A program made the translations under genes and the position numbers. Shown piece after piece: positions 11,034 through 24,167 of a stretch of DNA of 64,000 nt (the stretch's first letter is position 1; each line of letters begins with the position of its first letter). Location of the stretch: the NCBI RefSeq assembly GCF_030028105.1, contig NC_092402.1:64901110-64965109 (forward strand), in the 5' to 3' direction. The notes under the pieces were generated by a model. That model was not told the DNA's origin. It made no database searches and saw only the letters and a list, made by a program, of their open reading frames with translations. The stretch comes from Mobula birostris. Lineage: Eukaryota.

Positions 11034-12372
11034 GTTGACAGAGAGTAACTGGTTGCATCATTATTCCGGAGAGATGCTGAGGGCCCAAAGACCATTATGC
11101 GGTAATTCTCTTAGATGTATAGAATTTTCAGCAACCATTATTTTCTGCTGCCTCAAAAGGATTATCTTGTTAACTGATGAAATGCCATCATATATTTACT
11201 GTACTTGATGGTTTCGTGGCACAGGGGTCAGAAAGAATGTGAGAAACCTCCTGGACTTCATGTCCTCATTCAGGTCGGTCTGAAACCTGGGTTTGAGAGG
11301 AACCCACTCGTTGGTGCAAGAACTCAGCCGCGTGTGATGAAAATTGCTAACTACAGAAAAAAAATTGTTTCTCCTGACGGGTGCAACACTACAAATGCTT
11401 CATTTGCTGTAAATTTATGCTGAAATACTCCTCAATACGACTGATCAATGTTAATGCTTAATCGCAACAATTTATATGTGTCAGAATATAGGTAGTGATT
11501 GTCTAATGAAAGGGACTTGACCCTGAAAAGCATTTTTTCAAGCAAAATTTCATAAATGGAGATGGCTGTGTGAATTCCATTAACTTGAACCTGAACTTCA
11601 AATGGTACAATTTGTTATTATGCACCATGATTGACACATCAAGGAGATATAAAGATTTCTAAATAGAAAGCACATACCCTAGAAGGTCAATAAAATTTTT
11701 TTTAAAGTTGTTAACCAACATTTATATATTGATTGTATAAATATATTTGAAACTGTAAAAAACATTGCAACCCATGTTTACAAAGTATCTCGGGTTCCAA
11801 AGAAATGTTTGGAGTTTTCTACCAGGCCAGAGGTCTTCCAGGTTAGTGTATTATTCATGATACCGCACAAAGTTGTTCACAATTCTTGCCTATTATATGC
11901 TATTGTCTTTGTCTCTCTGTGTCCATCAGAATTGTTGCCTTTTATTACCCTCTTGCTACAATTTGGAAAAGCTATGCCAATTGGCTAATGTAGCATATAT
12001 CTTCCCTCACAAGCTTTCCCTGTGCTTTAATTCCCAATTTGGCGAAGCAGTTGACTGAGGTCACAAGTTGAACATGCTTCATATTTGCCTCTATATGTGT
12101 TGCAAAACTGTCTAATATGCCTCCAATGACATTTCTGCTTAGATTTGATCAAGGGCAGCTGATGTCCAATGGGTCTAACAACAGATCTTGGAGAATTCAG
12201 AAAGTGTGATTTTCTTTTTGTGCGATCAGAATGCCACTTTCTTTGTGGGAAGTAAAGACAGTGTCTGGGTGTCTGTGTTTTCTCCAACCACGCTGAGCTG
12301 CTTGGCATCAAATTCTCTTCAGATGCACAATGCGGCAGGTCCTCTCCAATTTGGTCTCATTTGGAAGCTAAT

Positions 12373-12540
12373 AATAGTCATAGGCATAGTCATACTTTAT
12401 TGATCGCGGGGGAAATTGGTTTTTGTTACAGTTGGACCATAAATAATAAGTAGTAATAGAACCATAAATATTTAAATAGTAATATGTAAATTATGCCAGT
12501 AAATTATGAAATAAGTCCAGGACCAGCCTATTGGCTCAGT
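12373..12540 (-). mobile_element. LINE 3' end (Rex1-type) with (ATAGTC)n tail
   Basis: ATAGTCATAGGCATAGTCATACTTTATTGATC...GGAAATTG, a typical antisense LINE tail. Confidence 0.55.
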
Positions 12541-12699
12541 AGCTTCCACTATGAGCTGATGGTAGTACACGTGCAAGTAATTGGTTTGATATTGTCACAT
12601 GTACTGAGAAGATGTAGAGAAATGCTTTTGCTTTGCACGCCATCCAGACAGGGTATCCAAACGTAATAACTTCGAGGTAGTACTAAAGGAATACAGAAT

Positions 12700-12942
12700 T
12701 GTTGAGACGAACAGCTGAACCCAAATGCAGGACACTGATACATAGAGACAGAGTTGACACCGGCAAACAACAGCGCGGAAAGAGAATCTAGAATACACAA
12801 TTGTAAGCGGCCTAGGACGTGAACTAGCACACTGGCTGAAGCAACGATCTGGCGATGAGTGGATGGAAAGCCGGGGTACTTACGCTGCAGGTTAGATGAG
12901 ATTCAGGTACACCGCAATCAGGAAGCCCGGGAGAACAAAAGG

Positions 12943-12985
<43 letters not shown>

Positions 12986-13063
12986 GGAGCTGGAGAAACA
13001 CGCGGGGAAAGGGAATTAGGAGAACATCAGGAATAAATAGAAGGGACGGCCGGGACCGTGACA
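12700..13063 (-). mobile_element. Solo LTR (Gypsy-like) containing a (CA)n tract; copies 28118-28507 and 43562-45126 (interrupted)
   Basis: TG...CA termini (TGTTGAG...CGTGACA) with a perfect 5-bp TSD AGAAT at 12695-12699 and 13064-13068. Confidence 0.85.
12944..12983. repeat. (AC)20 microsatellite; (AC)33 at 28362-28427
   Basis: Read directly. The 26-bp difference accounts for the unit lengths 15418 vs 15444. Confidence 0.95.
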
Positions 13064-14029
13064 AGAATTTAACAGAGCAAGTGCAATACAAGTTGACAAA
13101 TCAGGTTCAAGGTTGACAATACATTTTCACCTAGCAAACACATGGAATTTGTACACATTTATTGTATGTATTTTGCCAATCTCGATAATGAAAGTATTGT
13201 TGTTGACATTTAGATAGCGGTGGCACTTTATTTTCTATGCCTAATTCAGAAGATGAAACCATGCTTAGGATGTTGTTGGGAAATAAGTAGTGTGTAGTTG
13301 GAGATTTTGGTACAAGGCTTTAGAATCACTATCCTGGTTTTCTCAAGGCATCAGCTTTATTTGTGCTCAGGATTATGCATGTTACTTCATGATCTGCAGT
13401 ATTGCATCTCTTGCTGTCAAGTTGCATAATCCATGGTGAGATTCCAACAGATGATCTGCTTGCCCTCAAAAAGCCACTTACACTGCCATTAGTGAATTAT
13501 CGGCAGAGAAGATCACAGAGAAGCTGATGGTGGGGCACGATCAGCTGCATATATAGCTTTAACCATGCTCAAGATGGCAACTACTAACTTGCCAAGCTCA
13601 CCTACTTCTGGCTTAGCCATCGATCCTCAGCAAATTGCTGAGAACAGAACCTTACATTAATGACAGCAGGGATATTGACTCCCTCCTTCACGCCCAAGGA
13701 CAAAGCTGGGAACTGGGCCATGTATGCAGCTGGATGTGGGCAGGAAACATCGATATGAACATGGTCCTGGAACGTGCAGTCAGAAAATGGCCGGGAGGTA
13801 AATGGGTGAATGGAGTATGATTAAGTACCTGGCCAGAATCAAGTTTATAATTATGGCTGAGGTATGACTAGGAGAGGCACCAATTGTGCAACCTGGAGCA
13901 GAGTTAGATGTGCAATAGCTACTCCAGTTAAAAGCAATCGTATGCAACTTCCACTCTGTGTACTTTACTAAATTTAGGGCACTGGAACCTTTGATAATGC
14001 TGCAGTCACATCCCAATAATGTGTTTGAT

Positions 14030-14260
14030 CTTTCAATGACTTCAAGAAGTGGGATGGAGAACACACCCATGTCTATCAATGGTGCTGTAGTGGAGATGGT
14101 TGGGAGTTTCAAATGACCAGGTGTACTTATCACCGACAATTTGTCTTGGCTCAGCTACATGGATGATACAGCCAAGGAAGCACATTAGTGCCTCTACTTC
14201 CTCAGAATTCTAAGGAACTTCAGCATGTCCCTGATGACCCTCACCAATTTTCACAGATTC
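14030..14260 (+). mobile_element. Rex1/Babar-type LINE ORF2 C-terminal fragment, interrupted by an LTR (also in units 3 and 4)
   Basis: GACTTCAAGAAG...GTGGAGATGGTTGGGAGTTTCAAA...CCTCTACTTCCTCAGAA is similar to 63560-63790. Confidence 0.7.
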
Positions 14261-14264
14261 TGTA

Positions 14265-14981
14265 TGTAAGCCCCCCTGGCAAGCCTTAGGGTCGCTCAAC
14301 TTGCTGTCGTCTCGGGAAACAGCCCTCGGCCCCACCAAACTGGGTAATTAAGTTTGCGTGGATGCTGTGTGATGTAACCCACCCTGCCAAATAACAGACA
14401 ATACACCATATATGATAAAATGAATGACAGTTTATAGAGATTACTGGAACTATATAATGAATAGACATAAAATATAAAAGGAAAATGAAAGGCACCACAC
14501 TTATCAAAGTTCAATCTCTTCGTGCACAAACAGTTGGAGCTCTAGTAACGATCCTCTCTTCACCATTCGTTCCCCTCTGACCACTTCGACGTGCCGCCTG
14601 GGACCAACCACGGTGGTCGACCAGGCGCTCCACACGAGTCTGTCGCCGTCTCCTCTCCTCACCGAAGACCCCGGACCTTGGACTCCTGCTCGGGTCCGAC
14701 CCCGTTAGCCAGCTCACAGCACATTGTCCATCCTCTCTCTGTCCATGGCGCCTTCTCCCCAAAAACCCACGCATCATAATAACTTACAGACACACTAGAA
14801 AGAATAACATGGATGCCCATTGGTTCATTTGTTCTCTTATCAACATGATAACCCAAACAAGCTGTGAGCGAGAGAACTTTCTCAGCAGTTAACATAACAA
14901 AGAAGCCATTTTAATTATAACACAACAAAGAAGCCATTTTAATTAGCCTACGCAGTAACATAAAAGAAGAAACCCCTTACA
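14265..14981. mobile_element. Solo LTR; copies 29709-30425 and 46328-47042
   Basis: Inverted termini TGTAAG...CTTACA with an imperfect 4-bp TSD TGTA/TATA. It splits a LINE fragment and has an internal direct repeat ACAAAGAAGCCATTTTAATTA x2. Confidence 0.78.
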
Positions 14982-15039
14982 TATAAAACATACTATCTGG
15001 ATGCTCTGAGTTAGCAAGAATCTATGAACCCCCACCTTA

Positions 15040-15200
15040 AATACACCTGATGACGTGGCCTCCACAGCCAATTATGGCAACAAATTCCACAGATTCACCA
15101 CCCCCTGGCTATAGAAATCTCTCCTAATCTTCATTCTAAATGGACGTCCCTCTATTCTGAGTGTATACCCTCTGCTCTGAGACTCACGCACTATGGGAGG
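15040..15200 (-). mobile_element. CR1 LINE 3' fragment (also in units 3 and 4)
   Basis: GGCCTCCACAGCC...GGCAACAAATTCCACAGATTCACCACCC is an antisense CR1 3' signature. Confidence 0.75.
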
Positions 15201-17609
15201 CTACTTTTGAGATCGTTTTTGATATTGTTGGCTAGCTTACCTTTGTAGCTCATTTTTTAGCTCCTTATGGCTATTTTAGTTGTCTTCTGTTGATTTCTGA
15301 AAGCTTCCCACTCCTCAAGTTTCCCACTAATTTTCCTTCTATTATATGCCCTGTGTTTTGCTCTTATGTCGGCCTTGACTTCTCTTGTCAGCCACTTGCC
15401 TTGAGAATATTTCTTCTTTGGGATGTATCTGTCCTGTATCTTCCAAATTGCTCCCAGAGGCTCTAACCATTGTTGCTCTGCCGTCATCCCTGCTAATGTT
15501 TCCTTCCGATCAGCTTTGGCCAGCACCCCTCTCATGCCTCTGTAATTCCCTTTACTCCACTGTAATACTGATACATCTGACTTTAGCTTCTCCCTCTCAA
15601 ATTGCAGGGTGAATTCTATCATATTATGATCACTGTCTCATAACGGTTCCTTTACTTTAAGCTTCCTCATCAAATCTGGTTCATTACACAACACCCATTC
15701 CAGAATAGCCTTTCCCCAGTGGGCTCAACCACCACCTTCTTTAAAAGGGCCATCTTGTCCGCAATCTACAAATCCTCTCTTGCAATCCAGCATCAACTTG
15801 ATTTTCCCAATCTATCTGCATATTGAAATCTGACTATTGTCACATTGCCCTTTGAGATGCCTTGTTTATCTCCCGTTGTAATTTGTTTTCTTAGTGATTT
15901 CCAATTTTCAATTCATCCTATCTTCCTGCAAATTGTCTACATCCATTCATTCCCTGCCTGTTCACGTGGCTGCATAAGTGGTTCTAAAATGTTCATATCC
16001 TATCTACTTCCAACAACCAGTGTTTCAGCACATTCTAGGCATCCACCACTCTCTGTATAAAGAACTTGACTTGTACATTTTCTTTAAACTTTCCTACTTT
16101 CACCTTAAATCTACGTATGTCCTCCAATATTTGACATTTCCACCTGGGGAAAAACTCTGATTAGTTACCCGATCTTTACCTCTCATAATTTTATATACTC
16201 TTTATCATGTCGCCCGTCAGCCACCAACACATCGAATACACTCCAATCCATACAGCATCCTGGCGAATCTCTTATACATTCTCGGTCCAAAGTCCTTCCA
16301 TTCTTCCTGCAGTGCAGAAACCAGAATGGGACAAAATACTCCAAATGTGGCCTAGCCAAAGTTTTGTGTAGCTACAACATGATTTGCCAACTTTAACTCA
16401 ATACCCTGACCAATGAAGGCAAGCATAACCTACACCTATTTTACTACCCTAATCTCTTGTACTATCACTTTCTATGGATATGCTTTGTAGTTCTTCTTGT
16501 AAACTGGAGATTGGAAATTGCAGGCCTATACTAACTTGAAACAGGTGAGAGACTGTTTCATCCAGGACGCTCACTGCCCATAGATGAAGGTTACTTTCCT
16601 CATTCAATTTGGACTGTTTCCCATGGGATTGTTCTGATTCTTTGTGTCTCTCACTATACCTTTCAACTGGGCAGCATTTACGATGCTCAGAACCCTTGAG
16701 AGAAAGGAGAATATTCACACGATTAAAATTTTTTTTATCAGATTCCAATGGCACTGTAGTGCAGTTGTTAGCACAATGCTTTACAGTGTAGACAACTGAG
16801 GTTCAATTCCCGCCACTGCCTGTAAGGAGTTTGTATGTTCTCACTGTGACCGCGTGGGTTTCCTCCGGGTGCTCCAGTTTCCTTCCACAGTCCAAAGACA
16901 TACAGGTCGGTAGGTTAATTGGTCATTGTAAATTGTCCCCTGATTAGGCTAGCGTTAAAAATTGGGCAATATGGCTCGAAGGGCCTGTTCCGCGCTGTAT
17001 CTCAATAAGTCGATAAATATGTTCTCTAAGACAATGTAAAAGTAATTTCTTTGGTGAAGGAGGAGCTAGCTGGCTGCTATGCTTGGACTTGTGTGATAGC
17101 TTTAAACATATTTTATGTTTCTTTCAGTAACCTTCCTCTAACTTACAAATTATTTCAAAGTTCTTGAATTTCTGACAAAGGTATGATGGTTTCTCTTTTC
17201 AGTACTTGAATAATGTGCTTAAGCAAAGAAAGAGTCCAGATTGGCAGATTCAAAAATTTCAGTTTATTCAGTGTTACAGAAATGCCACAAAAGATAAATC
17301 CCCAACATAAAATGAGTCAAAATCACAAATCAGAGCACCACATCTAAAACTTTGATTAATTTCCTATTTTCAAAGGCCCAAGAAGTAAAGGATGAACTTT
17401 CCACTTTTCCCACAAACCCAAGTTACAGACTAACTTGACGTTTGCTGTGTATTGGTTAATTTCATGTTGCTTAACTATGTAAAATTGAGTAGAATTCCAA
17501 GATCAGGCAGAAAGTTAATCTAAACAAGTTAACCACTTCACTGAACAGACTGTGTGAATGAAGTATAAAAACTGGCAAGAGAGTCACCAGAGACATAACT
17601 GACAGTAGT

Positions 17610-20600
17610 TTATAACTGATTGATTGAAGATCCACTTCTGCTTGAAGAGGTCTGCTGCACTGAGCTCAGAATTACTGCTCTTTTTCCACCAGTTTCCATC
17701 TCACTGCCCCCTTTGAGGTAGCCAGACATACCACTACTTGCGCTGCTGAAATCCCCAAAACTTCCTGTAAAAGGGAGAGGAAAGGAAAAAGACACTTTAG
17801 AATATGCATCCTGAAATTGAGAAAACAATTGCAATGACATCAAGCAGGTCACAATCTTAACAGAGTAAAACAGCCCCAAGTGCTTCACGTAACTTTTAGT
17901 AAGCAAATGCTTGACTCTAAGATTTTATGTATACAGATATATCAAAGCATTTTGAAATCATAAATTTTAAAGGAGAGAGAAAAAAGGTGGAAATGAAATT
18001 TCGAGAAAGAAATCACTGAAATGTAGGAACTACTTATCCATGAGTGCCATTCCATCAGTCATGGCTCAGGGTGTGCAGAGTAGTTTACAGAGACAGGGAA
18101 GATCTTTGCTATGGAAAGATTTGAAGACTCAGATCTTAAAACTGAGGTATACCAGTTTAGGAGCCAATATAAGTCAGTGAGCACAAAAGATGATGGGGGG
18201 TAGAATAATTTATAAAATGGACGACATACATTCAGTGGCCTCTTTATTAGGCACACCTTGTACACCTGCTGGCTAATGCAAATATCTAATCAGTCAATTA
18301 TGTGGCAGCAACTCAGTGCATAAAGGCATGCAGACATGTTCAAGAGGTTCAGTTGTTCAGATCAAACATCAGATGGGGGAAGAAATGTAATCGAAGTGAC
18401 GTTGACCCAATTGATTGTTGCTGTCAGACGGGATAATTTGAGTCTCTCAAGAACTGCTGGTCTCCTGGGATTTTCGTGCACAACAGTCTCTAGAGTTTAC
18501 GGAGAATGGTACACAAAACAAGGACAATCAGTGAGTGGAAGTTCTGTGAGTGAAAAAGCCTTGTTAATGAAAGAAGTCAGAGGAGAAAGGCCAGACTGGT
18601 TCAAGCTGACAGGAAGACGACAGTAACTCAAATTACTACGTGTCACAACAGTGGTGTGCAGAAGAGCATCTGAAAGGCACATAATGGTTAAACCTTGAAG
18701 TGGATGTGCTACAGCAACAGAAGACCATGAGCAGGTACCTAATAAGAGTGGCCACTAAGACTACGGTAGCTTTGATTGAAAATAAACTTATTGCAAGAAT
18801 TGTTAAAGACTTCCACGTGTTTCTAAAATGACTTCTACCATGACCTGTAGTTTCTCCTCTACCATAATCAATGGAGTTTTTGGCTGTAGTTCATCTATTT
18901 CCTGCATTTCTGCTCTCCATCCCTCACCTCTCAGACAGAGCAAGGACAGAGATCCTCTAGTCATTATCTTCCACCTCACCAGTTCAGCGTTTAACAGCTC
19001 ATCCTTTACAATTTGCACCAGCTTCCACAATATTCCACAACTGGATACGTCCATACCTTCCCTGCCTTTCATCATGTAAACGAGACTGTTCCCTGGGCAA
19101 CTGTCTTCTATCCCAATGTCACTGCGTGTTTTGTGAAATTACAGGAGATGCTACACCTGTCCGTTCATCTCTTTCCTTCCCAGTGTCTGGGGATGCAAAC
19201 AGTCCTTCAAGTTGGAGCAGCAATTCACTTGCACTTCTTTCAATCTAGTGTCTTGCACTCAGTGTTCACAGTGTGGTTTCCTCCACCAGCTGCAGACGGA
19301 GTGACAACATTGCAGAGCACCAGGAGTGACCAAAGCTCCCTTTTGTTGCCTATTTAACTCTCCATCCAGCTCCCACTCTGACCTCTGTCTGTGGCTTCAA
19401 TTTCTAATATTCAATTTATAATATGCTGATATAAGGAGGACCAACATGCGCTTTGCAACTCATTTTCTGTTTGGGCCATGTTGCTGCCTTCTCCACTTGA
19501 AATTGAGTACGGCGACATAAGGGAACTTAATTCCTCTATTTGCACACCGATTTACCTCACTTTAAAAGTAGGCCTGGCCGACTGGACACGTCAGACAGCC
19601 TGACATTTCACACCTTGTCAAGTTCCTCTGTTTGTATTCTCACTCTCTAACTGCCTCGATTAACCCGTCGACTGGGTGACGCCAACAACTTATCTAAATA
19701 GCAATCTTGGCTTCCCCCTATCTGAGATACTCCCTTGGTCCTATTGACCTGTCCCCCACCTTCCTGGCAACTTAAAACTCTTACTTTCTTTCTTTCTCAG
19801 TTGTGATGAGCGACTTTTGACATGAAACATTGACTCTATTTCTCTTCCCTTGGATGCTACCTGGCCTGCTGCGTATTTCCAGTGTAATTTTTAAATTTCA
19901 TATTTGTAGCATCTGCATTTTTTCACAGTATCAGAGGAGCCCGATGCTCGGTTTTGGATGCTATCACTGAGATCATGATCATAGGTGAGAAATAGGCCTT
20001 TGCAGACTTTGGATTATAGGAAATAAGCTGCCTACCAAATGAGAACAGGGAAGGACTATTCAAAGGTGAAGCATTGTTCAAGTTCAAGGTTATTGTCATT
20101 CACTCGTGCACATGTATACCGCCAAACCAAACAATATTCCTCCAGACCAAAGTGCACAACATGGTATATACAACTCGCTCAGAACACATAAAGTAATATA
20201 GCCACAAATAAATTAACAAATAATAAGGGTGCATTGACAACACAAGTTAAAAAGTAAACAGTATAACGCTGCTGGTGCTTCATGTGTGATGAGACCTGAG
20301 AGGAGGCAGGGAATTCATTCGTCTTATGGCCTGGGCTAAGAAGCTGTTTCCTATCATTGGACAATGGTTAAACAAGCAATGGCATCTTTTGTTGCAAACA
20401 GGTAAAGAAAGGACAAAGAGGCATTGCTGACCATGGTCACAATCGTATGGGGTGTCAGGGTGTCATTCAAACCCCAATTTAGGACGCAACGGGACATTTG
20501 AGGACTGAAGGCAACAGAAAGATGTCAAAGAGGGTGTTGATTTATAAGAAGGAAATGTTAAATGTGAGCCTTTTTTGGGAAGAGTAATTTTAGAGCATGT

Positions 20601-23600
20601 GAAAGGGAGAAGAGAGCAACAAAGGACAGTGAACCATTGATGATATCAATTCAGGAAAATCATTTGGAAAACATTCATAAGAAATACAATCACAGAAATG
20701 AGTACCACTGCTCTGAAAATGTACAACAGAATGATTTGTAAACAGAACAATGAGGTATCAAGACTTGGAGAAGAACGAAGAATATTTCCAGAATATTCCA
20801 TTTTTCATTTTGCGGTTTGTGTTTTGGTCAGTAGTTAAAATTTCAAGCAAGGATTATACGTTCTCTTACCTTGCTGTGAAACTTGTTGGACGCTGAGGGT
20901 TTTGACGCCTTCTACCATCCTGTTGATAAAGGAAACACTTGTGTAACAACAGCCATTTCTAGGATGTTCAGAAATATATCTTTTTCAAGTTACCAAGGGT
21001 TTCCTTCTGAAAGCAGCAATGAGCTGCATGGGTGAAGTTGACGGGCACATTGACTCTGTCGAGCCTTGCCCGAGACACTGATTCTGTAAGTTCGAGTGCT
21101 GCCGGTGAGCAGCAGTAGCCTCGTCAGTGTGCGCAGGGAGCTATTTGTCAGCCTGCTTATGTTGTACAGTGCTTCATCCACTGCAGCATCAGGGGAGAGT
21201 TCACCTAGTGGTGACTGAATCACTGACTAGATGTTCATTCGGAGACTGAGTCGGATGTATTTCTGGGGTCAGATGAAAACCAGCCTTTAAACAAAAGTAA
21301 GTGCCACTCCCTGGACCAAATGCCCCATTAAAGACAAAGACTCTAGTAATGAAGAGTGCAATAAAGAGCCCGTACAGATTGTAATCTGCAAGTACGCAGG
21401 ACTGTGGCATAAACCCAGTGTGATATCTGGAACTTGGAAAAGACCAAAGCCCTACCTGATTTCCTCTTGCGCCAGTAGTTTACTGTAGGTGTTAATTTCG
21501 ATATCCAGAGCCAACTTGACATTTATCAGCTCGTCGATTTCACGAGTTTGCTTGGCAATCTCCTGTTTTGCTTTCCTGATGGCTTCTTGCAGATCAACGA
21601 TATTTTGTTTACTGTCTTTGAGAGACATCTCGCCACGTTCCTCGGCTTCAGCGATCGCAGCCTCCAGTTTCAAACGCTGAGACACACAGAGGTGAGTGTG
21701 GACATTTTTGCAGATTATAACATGAAGCCTTGCCAACATCCCCACCCTGCTATCGGAAAGAGCCATACTGAGAGTAGAGTATTGCAGATTGGCTTAGGAG
21801 TAATCGAGTTCACAAGGGTTACAGTGGAAGGAACCAGCCAGGTTGTTACTACTGAAAGTTCCCCAGTGTATGATTTAGCTCAGATTGACCTGTGTTTCAG
21901 CTGTCTCTTGGTCATTTGCTTTGGGCTGGGAAGAGAAAAGTGCAGATGCAAGAGACGGCAGATGCTGCAGTCTGGAGTAAGAAAATAGCAGAACTACTGC
22001 AGAAGATCAGCGGGTGAAGTAGCATCTGTGAAGGCATAAAGAATTATTGACCATTTGGGTCGGGTCGCTGCATTAGGACTCGGGACTTGAGAGGAAAGAC
22101 AGCTTGCTACCGTCGTTAGGCCGCAACCAAGATCTCTTGTTTGCTTTCACTTCCTGACTTACCTGCTGCTTTAGATACTCGATGTCCCCAGTCAGCTTAC
22201 GGATGCGACTCTGCAGATCATTACACTCCGATTTGATCACTCGCACTTCTTCCGCATGACCTCCAGGCATTGTGCTGAGTTCCACCATCTGCAAGGAGAC
22301 ACTGGTAGACGTTAGTAAGGGTTTCTCCTCCCAGCACAGAGGTCAGAGCTATCAATGCACTTCTACGTGGGGCTGGAGCTGGAGCTCACCTTCGCCTTTT
22401 TCCAGTTCTCAGCATCATCACGGCTTTTATCTGCCATACTTTGGTATTGGGCCTTGACTTCACTGATGATCTGGTCTATGTTCAGGTTGCGGCTAGTGTC
22501 CACCTGCACGCTGACAGCAGTGTTCTGAATCTGTGACTCCAGCTCACGGATTTCCTAAAGATGGGCAGAGCAAAACTAATGTAAGGAGACTGAATTGAAC
22601 AGCAAAAGGACCAGAAGGCTCTTGCACCATGTAGCATATTTACCTCTTGGAAGATTGTCTTCAGGAATTCAATTTCATCAGTCAGGCTTTCTAGTTTTGC
22701 TTCCAATTCCACCTTGTTCATGTAGGATTCATCAACATCCTGGAGAGAGTAGGGCACAAGGTTTGTAAATCTATTGAAGACCACTGATATGGTCCTACAG
22801 AGAGCTAGAAAGTAGTGCTCACCTTCTTCACCATGACAAACTCGTTTTCCATTTCAGTTCTCCTGTTAATTTCATCTTCGTATCTGAAATGAACCACTGA
22901 CGTTACTGGCAAACCCTTGGAAATCAACATTTCTGTCCCATTTCTTCGACAGGGCCATGCTGGTTGTCGGAACTCCTTGCTCCCTGGTGCTTAGCCAGGG
23001 TTTCCTCACACTTCTATTTATCCCCGTGTGTGCACCGCTCTTCCTGACATTTGATTCCGCAAGACACAGCATCCCGCTACGCCAGACAGGTCGACCGTGC
23101 CGCGCCTCGACGGAATGAAACAACATACGCTGCCGTCCCTGAACTGACGACTATTTCGGTGACTCCCTGAGCTCTGAGTGACACCTCTCTATCCAGACCT
23201 CAGTCTTAACGGAGCTCTCCCCGACGAGCACTTGCCCGACCCAGCTTCCAGACCTCCACTAGCTGCTGTTAGGTTACCAAGAAACCCAGTGGAAAATAGC
23301 TGATTGTAACCGGGAATTGTTCGAACGTTTACCCCGCCCACGATTTGCCCGATTCCGCTCTTTTTTTTCTCTGAACCAGTGAACAGATACGGGACGAGTT
23401 ACAGATACAGACGAGTTGGGAAATCCTGGTGGGAGACAGTACACTTACTTGCCCTTAAAGTCCTCAACTAGACCTTGCATCTGCACAAGGTCCGATTCGA
23501 ACTTCAGCTTCTCCTGCCCAAGAGTTTCCAGTTGCCTCTTGAGGTTGTCAATGTAAGTTTGGAACATGTTATCGATGTTGGAGGTGTACGTCCCCTGCCT

Positions 23601-24167
23601 CTTCAGGAGCTCCAGTTTGACCTTCAGCTGAGCATTTTGCTGTTCGAGAAGGCGAACCTGCGGGTAAGGAATGAACACACGCTTAGATTTTTGCATTGAG
23701 CTGGCGAGGAAGTGAAAAGAGACATTTGCACAGTGCTGCCAAGACAGGCGCAGACAGAGCTGGATACGGTACGGTACCTGGTTTATGAAACTTGCGAACT
23801 GGTTGTTGAGCGTAGTGAGCTCCCTCGTTTCCTGCATACGAACTTGCTGCAGACTGGTGTCATTTTGTGGTAGCGGGGCGCTTAGATCAAGGGCCGGCAT
23901 CATCGAACTGGAACTGAAATTTGAACTTGAACCGTAACCTGAAGCGTAACTTGAACCGCTTGAACCAAGCCTGAACGATGAGCCAGAAAGTATACGTCTT
24001 GCCCCTCCGATACTTGGTCCAATTCCGGCTCCAGACACACTCATCGCCTTTCTGCTACTAATTCTTCGCGACGACCCCATGGCGCCGCCAAGACTAGACC
24101 GCATCGATGGGCTGCCTGAAAACTGCGTGGTCTGTCTAAAGGACCTTTTGGTGTAAGAGCCGCTCAT
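17610..24167 (-). CDS. Type II keratin (keratin 8-like, divergent), copy 2
   Basis: Exons 23778-24167, 23449-23657, 22823-22883, 22644-22739, 22390-22554, 22163-22288, 21456-21676, 20870-20919, 17610-17764. No coding difference from copy 1 was seen. Confidence 0.95.
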
